NCBI GenBank assembly: GCA_965198225.1
Contig: CBDAOY010000009.1
Location: 992,001 to 1,056,000, forward strand
DNA from: Terriglobia bacterium
GTDB taxonomy: Bacteria; Acidobacteriota; Terriglobia; 20CM-2-55-15
DNA length: 64,000 bases
Direction of reading: 5' to 3'
Part shown: in pieces, positions 10,719 through 20,514 of the stretch
Position numbering within the stretch: position 1 is the first letter of the stretch
Layout: the number at the start of each line of letters is the position of its first letter
Translations under genes and position numbers: made by a program
Notes under the pieces: generated by a model
Seen by the model: only the letters and a program-made list of their open reading frames with translations
The model's database searches: none
What the model was told of the DNA's origin: nothing

Positions 10719-11933
10719 CTACTGGAAACTCTCCATCATCTGGTAGAGCGGCAGATAGATTGCCAATGCCACCGTCAACACGACACCCGCCAGGAACACG
10801 TACAACAAGGGTTCCATCATCGTGAACACGCGCTTGATCGTCGCCGGGATCTCCTTGTCGTAATAAACACAAGCCCTCGCCAGCGACTGATCCAACTGCC
10901 CGCTGGTTTCTCCGACGCGGAACACTCGAACGACCATCGGCGGGAACTGCTCGGTCGCTGCCAGGGAGGCCGCGATAGATTCGCCGGCGCGGATCTCGTT
11001 CCGTACACCAGCCGTTGCGTTGCCCAGAACCTTGTTGCCGACGACGATCTGGAGGATCTGCAACGTCTGAGAGATATCGACTCCGGCGTTGAACAGGATC
11101 TGGAAGAAGTGACAGAAGCGCGAAAGCGCGATGTCGCGAACCAGAACGCCAAAGAGCGGCGCCCTGAGCATCAGGCCGTCGAAACGGAGCCGGCCTTTCT
11201 CGGTCCGAACCCAGAAGTAGAAGCTGATGCCCGAGACGAGGACCAACAACAGCACGACCCACCAGTAGGCGACGAGGAATTCGCTCAACCCGAACAGGAT
11301 CTGTGTGGGAAGCGGCATCGGGCCCCGCGCCTGCCGCAGGACGTTGGAAAACTGCGGGAACACGACGGTGGCCAGGAGTATTACCAGACCGAACACCGCC
11401 ATCATCACCATGATCGGATAGATGAGGGCCTGCGTGACATCCCGCCGCAGATCGCCTTTCCAGTCCAGGAAATTCGCGAGGTCGGCCAGCACGCGGTCGA
11501 GATTTCCCGAATCCTCACCCGCCTGAACGATGCTGACGTAGACGTCATCGAAGACCTCTGGATGCCGGCCGAAGGATGCCGAAAGGCTGGAGCCGGCCTC
11601 GACGCTGGCGAGCAGATCCTCGATGACGAGCTTCATTTTGACTTTCTCGGATCCGTCGGCCAGATCCCTCAGCGATTGGGTCAGCGAGATCCCGACGCTG
11701 AGCATCGTGGCCATGTCCGACGTGAAGTTCAACAGGTCCCGCGACTTGATCCTTTCGAAGAGACGGCCGCGTTCCTCCTTTTTCTTCGCGGGACCGGCTT
11801 GAATCAGGAAGAGATCCCGCTCGTCGAGCAGGTCGGCCAGCACGTCTTCGTCGGAGGCTTCCAGTACGCCGGTCACCGTTCTTCCGGTTTCATCCTTGGC
11901 TTTGTATTCAAATTCCATCGTGATCTCAATCAA
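10719..11933 (-). CDS. pilC: Inner-membrane platform protein PilC/GspF/MshG
   Basis: FEYKAKDETG, AGEDSGNLD, ALIYP, VGETSGQLD and EPLL...IYLPL: two T2SSF repeats. Confidence 0.93.
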   Translation of the reverse strand: MIEITMEFEYKAKDETGRTVTGVLEASDEDVLADLLDERDLFLIQAGPAKKKEERGRLFERIKSRDLLNFTSDMATMLSVGISLTQSLRDLADGSEKVKMKLVIEDLLASVEAGSSLSASFGRHPEVFDDVYVSIVQAGEDSGNLDRVLADLANFLDWKGDLRRDVTQALIYPIMVMMAVFGLVILLATVVFPQFSNVLRQARGPMPLPTQILFGLSEFLVAYWWVVLLLVLVSGISFYFWVRTEKGRLRFDGLMLRAPLFGVLVRDIALSRFCHFFQILFNAGVDISQTLQILQIVVGNKVLGNATAGVRNEIRAGESIAASLAATEQFPPMVVRVFRVGETSGQLDQSLARACVYYDKEIPATIKRVFTMMEPLLYVFLAGVVLTVALAIYLPLYQMMESFQ

Positions 11934-11969
11934 TCCGCAGTTTCCCCAGATTCAAGCGGCCACGGGCCG

Positions 11970-13594
11970 CTATACGGCTTTGGCGACTTCATCGACAGTC
12001 GTCAAACCCGATGCGGCACGCTTGAGTCCGTCCTCGATCATCGTCATCATGCCTTCGTCACGGGCCAGTTGTCGGATGACGCCCGCGTCGGCCTGTTCCA
12101 TCATCGCCTTCCGGATCGCTTCGTTCATCAGCATCACTTCGGAGATCGCAATCCGGCCCCGGTATCCGGTGTTGTCGCAGTTGCTGCAGCCGGCTCCCTT
12201 GAAGTACTCGCCCTCCGGAATGTTCATCCTGCGCGTCAGCCGTGGATCGGGTTGGGTCGGTTCCCGGCAGTACTCGCAGATTCGCCTTATCAGACGTTGC
12301 GCCACGACACCCACGATGGAAGACGCGACCAAGTAGGGCTCGACGCCCATGTCGAGAAGCCGCGGTACAGTCGAGGCTGCGTCGTTCGTGTGCAGAGTGC
12401 TGAACACCAACAGACCCGTGAGTGCGGCGCGGATCGCCGTGTCGACGGTTTCGTTGTCCCGCATCTCGCCGACCAGGACCGTGTCCGGGTCCTGCCGCAG
12501 GATCGCTCGGAGTCCCGTGGAATAGGTCAGTCCCGCCCGCACATTGATCTGGGACTGGCGGATCAGGGGCAACTCGTACTCGACCGGATCTTCCAGCGTG
12601 ATGATCTTGCGTTCCGGGGTACTGATCTTGAGCAACGCCGAATACAGCGTCGTAGTCTTGCCCGAGCCCGTCGGACCGGTAACCAGGACGATGCCGTTGG
12701 GATGCTCGATAGCCGGCTCTCCAGCCCGATGGTCAGCTGTTCTTTATTCAAGACACGCAGAACGACGTTTTCACCGAAGATTGTCGGAAAGGTGCTGATA
12801 CGCAGGTCGATCGGTTTGCTGTATATCTCCACCGTTGCCTTCCCATCCTGGGGCAGGCGCGACTCGGAGATGTTGAGGTTTCCCATGATCTTGATGCGGG
12901 AGTTCACCGCCCTTTCGAGCTTCTTCGGCACGTAAGGGCCCTGGTGGAGCACGCCGTCAATCCGGTAGCGCACCCGCAGCGGGTTCTTTTCAGGTTCGAA
13001 GTGGATGTCGGTAGCGCGCTTGCGGACTCCGTCGAGGATTATCGCGTCGATCAACTTGACAACGGGTGCGACGAGCGCAAGGTCTTCCCGGCCGACGTCG
13101 GCACCCCCTTCGTCCGCCTGTCGGGAGGCCTCGTCGAGCAACGCCTCCATCTGCTCGCCGTGTGCTCCAGCCGAATAGTACTTGTCGATCGACGTGAGGA
13201 TGTCGAACTCACTGGACGAGACGACTTTCACGAACCTGGCCGTCATGCGCCCGATGTTGTCCACCGTTGCCACGTCGAGGGGGTTGGCCATGGCGACCGT
13301 GATCGATCCGTCATCGGTCGATACCGGAAACAACTTGTTCTGCCGGGCGAACGTTTCGGGGATGGCCTCGATTATCGACGGATCGATGGACTCAGTGCGC
13401 AGGGTGACATACTCGATTCCGGCAGCTTCTGCGAGAGCTTCGGTGAGTGTTTCTTCGGTAATCAGGCTCAGCCGGCGCATGATGTCGCCGATGCGCTCTT
13501 CGCTGCCCTGCTGTTCGCTGAGGGCGAACTCGAGTTGATCTTCAGAAATCAGACCGGCGCGGATCAGCCTCTGTCCGAGTCTGTCATCTGCCAT
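11970..13594 (-). CDS. pilB: Pilus extension ATPase PilB/GspE/MshE with N-terminal MshEN domain; deletion plus frameshift near 12715
   Basis: [24 protein letters not shown] (MshEN), ATDIHFEP and RLPQDG. After the lesion: [42 protein letters not shown] and two CxxC motifs. Roughly a dozen codons (the LG...R segment) appear to be missing at the junction. Confidence 0.92.
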
Positions 13595-13788
13595 CGATAG
13601 GAATCCCCTGCACCGGTTGGACCGGCACGATCACCATTAGTCTACTGCAGCGCCCGCGGCGGCAACGAATAAACGAACCTCCACTTTCACGCACTGCGAC
13701 GGGGGAGACCGATGTAGAACGAGTCAAAACAGGAGGGCGCAATCCCACACTTCTTCTGAGCTACTATATGTTCAGAAGTTCAATGGTG

Positions 13789-15066
13789 TCAAGGGAATGA
13801 CTTGTCCGGAGGTCCGTCGTCGGGCGGGTCTGGAGCCCTGGTTCGAACGCAGTTCTTCGAAGACCGCTTCGCCTCCAGCAGCGCCTGATCCGCCGCTGCC
13901 ACCAGGGTTTCGAAATGAGTATGGTGTTGATACTGGGAGACCCCGACGCTCACCGTCAGAGTCCCATCGTATCCAACGGCTTTCAGAAGGTCGGCCCGCT
14001 GGACCCGCGAACGGATTTTCTCCGCTACAAGGACGGCCCCGTCGAGCGGCGTTCCCGGCAACACGACGCCGAATTCATCCCCTCCACAGCGGAACACGGA
14101 ATCGGTATTTCGCACACACTCGTCCAGAATGCAGGCGACCGATGCAAGCACCTTATTCCCAACTATATGCCCATGTGTGTCGTTGACTTGCTTGAAGCAA
14201 TCGACGTCGAGCATCAGTAGGGATAGGGGCGCCTGAAAGCGGTCCGTCCTGGCCGTCTCCCTCCCCAGCAAGTTGTGGAAGAACCTTGTGTTATAGAGCC
14301 CGGTGAGTGGGTCGGTAATGGCCGTGCGTTGCAGCTCCCTGAACAGTCGCGCGTTTTCGATGGCGATGGCGGCGAGACTGGATAGCTCGCCGGCCAGTTT
14401 CAGGTCTTCCGTCCCAAGGGAGTGGGGTTTCATGGCCATCGAAACGAATGCACCGAGGACCCGCTCGCGTGCCCTGACGGGAACCACCAGCAGAGAACCG
14501 ACATTGGATGTCTCGGCGTCCCGCCGCAGTTCGGGATCGAACTGGGTCGCCGCGAAATCGGTGATGACCATCGGCTCGCCACCCCTCAGGACTTCAGCCA
14601 CGGCCCGAACTGCAACGCGCTCAGGGTTGCGGCGGATGTTGTCGTGCAGTGTCTCGATGAGTTGCTCCCGGCTGGTTCCACTCGACTTCCCGAAACCATC
14701 GTCAAGAACGAAGAAAGCTTCATCTCCAAGGACGTCGGTCGACCTGGAGACCACCTGCTCGAGGATTTCTTCGAGTTTGAGTGAGGAGGCAAGAAGCCTG
14801 GTGAGCTCGCTGAGCAGCTCCGAGCCCAGAATCTGATGGTTCAGTCGGTCGATTAGTGCGCCATCGCTCGAGTCGTTCAGCGAAAGTGACGTCGCCTCGA
14901 CGGGGTATGCGGCTGGATCGGTTGCGTCCGAGAACTCCTCGACATCGTCCGCCGCGTCCGCGAGGCGGATCTCCCCGACGCCAGCCCGCTGATCCTGATC
15001 CTCTCCGATCACGAAGACCCGCCGGGCTTTCTTCTTTCTGGCTGCTCCAAAACGCTGTGGTGACAC
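13789..15066 (-). CDS. GAF-GGDEF diguanylate cyclase
   Basis: GAF domain, DPLTGLYN, LDVDCFKQVNDTHGH, I-site RNTD and an intact GGDEF. The GTG start is less certain. Confidence 0.9.
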   Translation of the reverse strand: MSPQRFGAARKKKARRVFVIGEDQDQRAGVGEIRLADAADDVEEFSDATDPAAYPVEATSLSLNDSSDGALIDRLNHQILGSELLSELTRLLASSLKLEEILEQVVSRSTDVLGDEAFFVLDDGFGKSSGTSREQLIETLHDNIRRNPERVAVRAVAEVLRGGEPMVITDFAATQFDPELRRDAETSNVGSLLVVPVRARERVLGAFVSMAMKPHSLGTEDLKLAGELSSLAAIAIENARLFRELQRTAITDPLTGLYNTRFFHNLLGRETARTDRFQAPLSLLMLDVDCFKQVNDTHGHIVGNKVLASVACILDECVRNTDSVFRCGGDEFGVVLPGTPLDGAVLVAEKIRSRVQRADLLKAVGYDGTLTVSVGVSQYQHHTHFETLVAAADQALLEAKRSSKNCVRTRAPDPPDDGPPDKSFP

Positions 15067-15276
15067 CTTATCAGTCCTCAGATCCCACCGATCTTATTCA
15101 AAAACTGGCAGGAATCGAACCAAAAACTGGTGTCGACCCTGTTCCGAAACGACTCCGGGGACGCGACCTCTCAGCGTCCGCTCGTGGCGGTTCGGGTTGA
15201 ATAGCTGGTACAATCTCCGTCGAGTTACGCATACATACCGCAGGGGTTCGGGCCGATTCGGGCCCTGCTTCCTTTA

Positions 15277-15547
15277 GCAGCCCGTGGCAGAACTCTGCAG
15301 GGCCGCGTTACGGCCAAACGGGGCCGGATTCTAGGAGGCGAGGACGAAACAATGCTCATTTATTGGGAGGAGTCGGCGACAACGAAGACGGCCCCGTTTC
15401 GCCGTAACCCGACGGGCGCAGGGGGGGTCGGGCCGCAGGCTTTGTCGCTCGTCGGTCACGATGAATGATCATCGCTCCGCTCCTCTCTTCGCGCCTGCAA
15501 CCCGAAGACCCCTGCGCGCGACCCTGCAGAGTTCTGCCACGGGCTGC
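15277..15547 (-). mobile_element. 271-bp MITE-like structured element, type A, copy 1
   Basis: TIRs of about 31 bp (GCAGCCCGTGGCAGAACTCTGCAGGG...), TA on both sides. It is the reverse complement of 17817..18087 with about 8 mismatches by eye. Confidence 0.85.
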
Positions 15548-15591
15548 TAGCCTACGGGTTGCTTGATCGATACGTTTTGGCATCAATATTT

Positions 15592-17817
15592 ATGAGAGTC
15601 CCGCCTGCTACGGTCCTGCTGGCAATCGTTCTGGTTCTGATTTCTCCGCTCGAGCTCCGAGCCCAGGAAGGAACCGTCCCGGTCGCCCGTGCGACTTTCG
15701 TCGAAGAGCCGCCCACCATCGACGGATTCGTCAATGACGCCGTCTGGGAACTGGCCGATCCAATCTCGGACTTCATCCAGTCTGAACCGGTCGAAGGAAC
15801 GCCGGCCTCGGAAAGGACCGTGGTCAAGATCGTCTACAACGACCGCGCGGTCTTCGTCGGCGTGATCTGCTACGATGACCAGCCCGACGAGATTCTGGTG
15901 ACCGACAGCCGCCGCGATTCCGGGATGAACGACACCGATTCGTTCCAAATAATCTTCGACACCTACCACGACCGCCAGAACGGCTTCGTCTTCGGCACGA
16001 ACCCGGCCGGGATCGAGTACGACGGACAGGTCAGCAACGAAGGCGGCGGAGGCGGCCGAGGCGGCGGAGGCCGCCGGCAGTCCGTCGGTACCGGCTCCGG
16101 CTTCAACAGGAACTGGGATGCGAGCTGGACGGTGCGTACCCACGTGAACGAAATCGGCTGGATGGCCGAGTTCGAGATCCCTTTGAGGAGTCTCCGCTAC
16201 GGCGACAAACCCCAGACCTGGGGGCTGAACTTTCAGCGCAATATCCGGCGCAAGCGCGAGCAGGTTTACTGGGCGCCGATCGAGCGCATCTACAATCTCT
16301 ATCGGCTCTCAGCCGCCGGGGAACTCCGTGGGCTTGAACTCGAGGCGCCTCGAAATTTCAAGGTGACGCCCTACGTGGTGGCTACGGCGGCCCGGAACTA
16401 CACGAACCCCGCAGAGTCGGAAACCCGGTTCGACGGCGATGGTGGGATCGACGCGAAATTCGGCGTGACGCCGAGTCTGAATCTGGACCTGACCTATAAC
16501 ACGGATTTTGCGCAGGTCGAAGTCGATGAGCAGCAGATAAACCTGACCCGGTTCAATATCCGTTTTCCAGAGAAACGCCCGTTTTTCCTCGAGAACGCCG
16601 GTCTGTTTGCTGTGGGCCGGGGCGGCGTCGACCTGTTCTTCAGCCGGAGGATCGGGATCAACGACGGTGCCGTGACACCCATCGTCGCCGGCGCGCGGCT
16701 GAGCGGCAAGGTCGGGACGTTCAACGTCGGGCTGCTCAACATGCAGACTGAAAAGGTCGACGGCGTCACGCCCGCGAACAACTTCAGCGTCGCCCGCGTC
16801 AGCCGGGAACTTCCGAACCGTTCGAGCCTCGGCGGGATCGTCGTGGGCAGGGACGCCACAGGTTCCGGCGCCGGATCCGGTGACTGGAACCGCACGTGGG
16901 GGTTCGACGGCAGGCTTGGCGTCGGCGCTTACACGAATTTCAGGGGCTTCATCGCAAGAACGGAAACGCCGGGCCGCGTGGGTCGCGAATCTGCCTACAA
17001 CGTCCGCGGCGAGTATTCGCGTCGTGGAGGACGCACGTGGTTCGAATTCACCCAGGTGGGCGGAGACTTCAACCCCGAGGTGGGATTCCTTACCCGCAGA
17101 GATTTCCGCTCCATCGAAACCGGGATCTTTCAGAACTGGCGGTTCGCCAGCCTCCCTGTCTTTCGCGAACTGCGCCCGCACGTAACTTATCGGAGCTGGT
17201 GGGACTTTGACGGTTTCAAGGAAACCTCAACTCTTCACATGGACACCCATTTCGATTTCGAAAGCGGGGACTATATCAGCCCGGCCTTCGAAATCGAGAC
17301 CGAGGGCCTGAAAGTTCCTTTCAAGATTTTCGAGACGGACGAGGGCGAGGAAATCATAATCCCGCCCGGTTCTTACACCAACGGCGGCATCAACTGGAAC
17401 ATGCACACCGACCCGAGCCGCCCGCTTTCAATAAACGGCAATTTGAGGATTGGCGGGTTCCTCACCGGGAACCAGCGTGAAGTCACAGCGACTGTGAGTG
17501 CGCGGAGAGGGTCGAATTTCAACACTTCCGTGAGCTGGAGGCGCAGCGACATCAATCTGCCTGAAGGGGAGTTTGTGACGAACCTCGTCGGGACTCGGTT
17601 CAACTACAGTTTCACGCCGCTGATCAATTTTCAGTCGCTCATCCAGTACAACGATGCCGCGGATAATTGGGCCGGCAACTTCCGGTTTGGCTGGTTGAAT
17701 ACTGCGGGTACGGGTCTCTTCGTCGTTTTCAACAATATACGGTCGCTCGAAGGTCTCGGACCGATCAACCGCAGCTTCATCGTGAAGTACACCCGCCAGT
17801 TCGACGTCCTGCGCTAG
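15592..17817 (+). CDS. CBM9-like/DUF5916 putative outer-membrane protein, paralog 1
   Basis: Signal peptide, PTIDG...W, DTYHDRQNGFVFGTNPAG, TYNTDFAQVEVD, FPEKRPFFLE, LFFSRRIG and a beta-barrel-like C-terminus. ATG 15592 is preferred over 15559. Confidence 0.85.
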   Translation: MRVPPATVLLAIVLVLISPLELRAQEGTVPVARATFVEEPPTIDGFVNDAVWELADPISDFIQSEPVEGTPASERTVVKIVYNDRAVFVGVICYDDQPDEILVTDSRRDSGMNDTDSFQIIFDTYHDRQNGFVFGTNPAGIEYDGQVSNEGGGGGRGGGGRRQSVGTGSGFNRNWDASWTVRTHVNEIGWMAEFEIPLRSLRYGDKPQTWGLNFQRNIRRKREQVYWAPIERIYNLYRLSAAGELRGLELEAPRNFKVTPYVVATAARNYTNPAESETRFDGDGGIDAKFGVTPSLNLDLTYNTDFAQVEVDEQQINLTRFNIRFPEKRPFFLENAGLFAVGRGGVDLFFSRRIGINDGAVTPIVAGARLSGKVGTFNVGLLNMQTEKVDGVTPANNFSVARVSRELPNRSSLGGIVVGRDATGSGAGSGDWNRTWGFDGRLGVGAYTNFRGFIARTETPGRVGRESAYNVRGEYSRRGGRTWFEFTQVGGDFNPEVGFLTRRDFRSIETGIFQNWRFASLPVFRELRPHVTYRSWWDFDGFKETSTLHMDTHFDFESGDYISPAFEIETEGLKVPFKIFETDEGEEIIIPPGSYTNGGINWNMHTDPSRPLSINGNLRIGGFLTGNQREVTATVSARRGSNFNTSVSWRRSDINLPEGEFVTNLVGTRFNYSFTPLINFQSLIQYNDAADNWAGNFRFGWLNTAGTGLFVVFNNIRSLEGLGPINRSFIVKYTRQFDVLR

Positions 17818-18087
17818 CAGCCCGTGGCAGAACTCTGCAGGGTCGCGCGCAGGGGTCTTCGGGTTGCAGGCGCGAAGAGAGGAGCGGAGCGATGATCATT
17901 CATCGTGACCGACGAGCGACAAAGCCTGCGGGCCGAACCCCCCTGCGCCCTTCGGGTTACGGCGAAACGGGGCCGTCTTCGTTGTCGGCGACTCCTCCCA
18001 ATGAATGAGCATTGTCTCGTCCTCACCTCCTAGAATCCGGCACCGTTTGGCCGTAACGCGGCCCTGCAGAGTTCTGCCACGGGCTGC
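17817..18087 (+). mobile_element. 271-bp MITE-like structured element, type A, copy 2
   Basis: Same TIRs with TA flanks (17815-16 and 18088-89). Its first base completes the TAG stop codon of the upstream gene. Confidence 0.85.
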
Positions 18088-18248
18088 TAGCAGCTGCTAA
18101 ACCTGCATGACCGCTCGGCATTGTCGTATCGCATAAAGTTGATACAATGGCGCCCTTGTGTATCGCGGGCATACGAATCCGCGTACATATAAACAGGTTG
18201 CGCCCTTCCGGGGATGGTTCAATTGATCTACAGGGGATTGGAATCATA

Positions 18249-20492
18249 ATGCCGAGACTACTTTCTGTTTGTGTGCCGTTAGCAATTGTTGTCGTCCTTT
18301 TCGCCCCACTCGGACTACGGGCTCAGGATGACTTCAGGGTTGCCCGCGCTGCCTACGTGGATGAACCGCCCACGATCGACGGATCCGTCGACGATGCCGT
18401 CTGGGAACTGGCCGACCCGATCACGGACTTCATCCAGGCTGAACCGGTCGAGGGAACACCGGCCTCGGAGAGGACGGTCGTCAAGATCGTATACAACAAC
18501 CGCGCTGTCTTCGTGGGAGTCATTTGCTATGACGCCGAACCGGACGAGATTCTGGTAACCGACAGCCGCCGCGACTCCGACCTCGGGGATACCGATTCGT
18601 TCCAGATCATCTTTGACACGTACCACGATCGCCAGAACGGCTTCGTGTTCGGTACGAACCCGGCCGGGATCGAGTACGACGGTCAGGTCAGCAATGAAGG
18701 CCAGGGAGGCGGCGGCGGAGGCCGCCGTCGTGGGAATGCTCAGTCGGGTTCCGGTTCCGGTTTCAACAAGAACTGGGACGCGAGCTGGACCGTGCGCACG
18801 CACGTGAACGAAGTGGGATGGATGGCCGAGTTCGAAATCCCGCTCCGGAGTCTCAGGTATGGAGATCAGCCTCAGGTCTGGGGCATGAATTTCCAGCGCA
18901 ACATCCGCCGCAAGCGAGAACAGGTCTACTGGGCGCCGATCGAGCGAATCTACAACCTTTACCGCCTGTCTTCCGCCGGGGAGCTTCATGGGCTCGAGTT
19001 GGAGACGCCGCGCAACTTCAAAGTCACTCCTTACGCCGTGGCGACGGCATCCCGCAACTACCTCAACCCGGCGGAGACCGAAACGGATTTTGACCCCGAC
19101 GCAGGTCTGGACGCCAAGTTCGGCGTCACCCCGAGCCTCAACCTGGACCTGACTTACAACACCGACTTCGCCCAGGTCGAGGTCGACGAACAGGTGATCA
19201 ACCTGACACGGTTCAATGTCCGTTTTCCCGAGAAGCGTCCATTCTTCCTCGAGAACGCGGGGCTTTTCGCCGCGGGCAAGAGCGGCGTCGACCTGTTCTT
19301 CAGCCGGAGGATCGGTATAGATTCATCCGGTGTAGAGGTCCCTATAATCGGCGGCGCCAGGTTGAGCGGCAAGGTCGGAGCCTTTAACGTCGGAGTCCTC
19401 AACATGGAGACCGACGACATCGCCGGCGTGACATCGAAGAACAACTTCACCGTCGCTCGCGTCAGCCGCGAGCTTCCGAATCGGACCGCCTTTGGTGGAA
19501 TCGTGGTCAACCGGGAGGCGAATGGGGCGAATGCCGGACCGGACGACTGGAACCGGACCTGGGGGGTCGACGGCAGGCTCGGCATCGGTTCGTACACTGA
19601 CTTTCGTGGTTTCATCGCCCGAACCGAGACTCCCGGTCGCACCGCCGGCGAGGGAGCCTACAGCCTCCGCGGGGAGTACAAGCGTGTGGGAGGGGACTTC
19701 CACGTCGAGTACACGCAGGTCGACGAAGACTTCAACCCCGAAGTCGGTTTCCTCACCCGCCGTGCATACCGGTATAGCGACATCGGTTTCATGATCCGCA
19801 AGCGCTTTCCGGACATCCCGTGGCTGCGCGAGTTGCGACCGCATTCGTCCGCACGAACCCATTGGGATCTCGACGGTTTCAAGGAAACCGAGGAGATCCA
19901 CATCGATACCCACGTCGATTTCGAGAGCGGGTGGTTCTTCAGCCCCGCTGTGAACGTGACGACGGAAGGCTTGAAAGTGCCGTTCGAGATCTCGGAAGGC
20001 ATCTTCATCCTGCCGGGCACCTACAAGCATGCGGAGATCGACTGGAGATTCAACACCGATTCAAGCCGGGCGCTGTCTTTCAGCTCGACGCTCACGGTCG
20101 GCGGATTCTACAGCGGCAACCAGAGGTCGTTCTCGACGACTGTGAATGGCCGCAGAGGCTCGAACCTCAGTGCTTCGGTGGCCTGGAACCGCGGCGACAT
20201 CAACTTGCCCGAGGGTGAGTTCGTCACCGATCTCGTTCAGACACGCTTCAACTACAGCTTCACGCCGCTGATCAACCTTCAGTCGCTCGTCCAGTACAAC
20301 ACCCGATCCAGCAATTGGAGCGGCAACTTCCGTTTCGGCTGGTTGAACACCGCCGGGACCGGTTTATTCATCGTCTACAACGAGACTCAGGGGCTGGAAG
20401 GATTCACCGCGCCCCGCGCCGATCGGCACTTCGGTCCGATCCGCCGCAGTCTCATTGTCAAGTTTTCGCGTCAGTTCGACGTCCTTCGGTAA
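18249..20492 (+). CDS. CBM9-like/DUF5916 putative outer-membrane protein, paralog 2
   Basis: Collinear with paralog 1, with a nearly identical N-terminal half and the same FDVLR end. The signal peptide begins at MPRLL (18249). Confidence 0.85.
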   Translation: MPRLLSVCVPLAIVVVLFAPLGLRAQDDFRVARAAYVDEPPTIDGSVDDAVWELADPITDFIQAEPVEGTPASERTVVKIVYNNRAVFVGVICYDAEPDEILVTDSRRDSDLGDTDSFQIIFDTYHDRQNGFVFGTNPAGIEYDGQVSNEGQGGGGGGRRRGNAQSGSGSGFNKNWDASWTVRTHVNEVGWMAEFEIPLRSLRYGDQPQVWGMNFQRNIRRKREQVYWAPIERIYNLYRLSSAGELHGLELETPRNFKVTPYAVATASRNYLNPAETETDFDPDAGLDAKFGVTPSLNLDLTYNTDFAQVEVDEQVINLTRFNVRFPEKRPFFLENAGLFAAGKSGVDLFFSRRIGIDSSGVEVPIIGGARLSGKVGAFNVGVLNMETDDIAGVTSKNNFTVARVSRELPNRTAFGGIVVNREANGANAGPDDWNRTWGVDGRLGIGSYTDFRGFIARTETPGRTAGEGAYSLRGEYKRVGGDFHVEYTQVDEDFNPEVGFLTRRAYRYSDIGFMIRKRFPDIPWLRELRPHSSARTHWDLDGFKETEEIHIDTHVDFESGWFFSPAVNVTTEGLKVPFEISEGIFILPGTYKHAEIDWRFNTDSSRALSFSSTLTVGGFYSGNQRSFSTTVNGRRGSNLSASVAWNRGDINLPEGEFVTDLVQTRFNYSFTPLINLQSLVQYNTRSSNWSGNFRFGWLNTAGTGLFIVYNETQGLEGFTAPRADRHFGPIRRSLIVKFSRQFDVLR

Positions 20493-20514
20493 GGTGAATC
20501 TGCAGGGGGAAGGT

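Noticed and set aside
10656-12935. 759-aa plus-strand ORF
   Set aside because: Antisense shadow of pilC/pilB in GC-rich DNA; no motifs.
189-13594. Programmed frameshifting or phase variation in pil genes
   Set aside because: The junctions lack long homopolymers or slippery heptamers, and some lose several codons; error or decay is simpler.
15356-18026. Small ORFs 15356..15586, 17667..18008 and 17814..18026 (also 51120..51392) sharing peptide strings
   Set aside because: They are translations of the repeated non-coding elements, with no transposase motifs.
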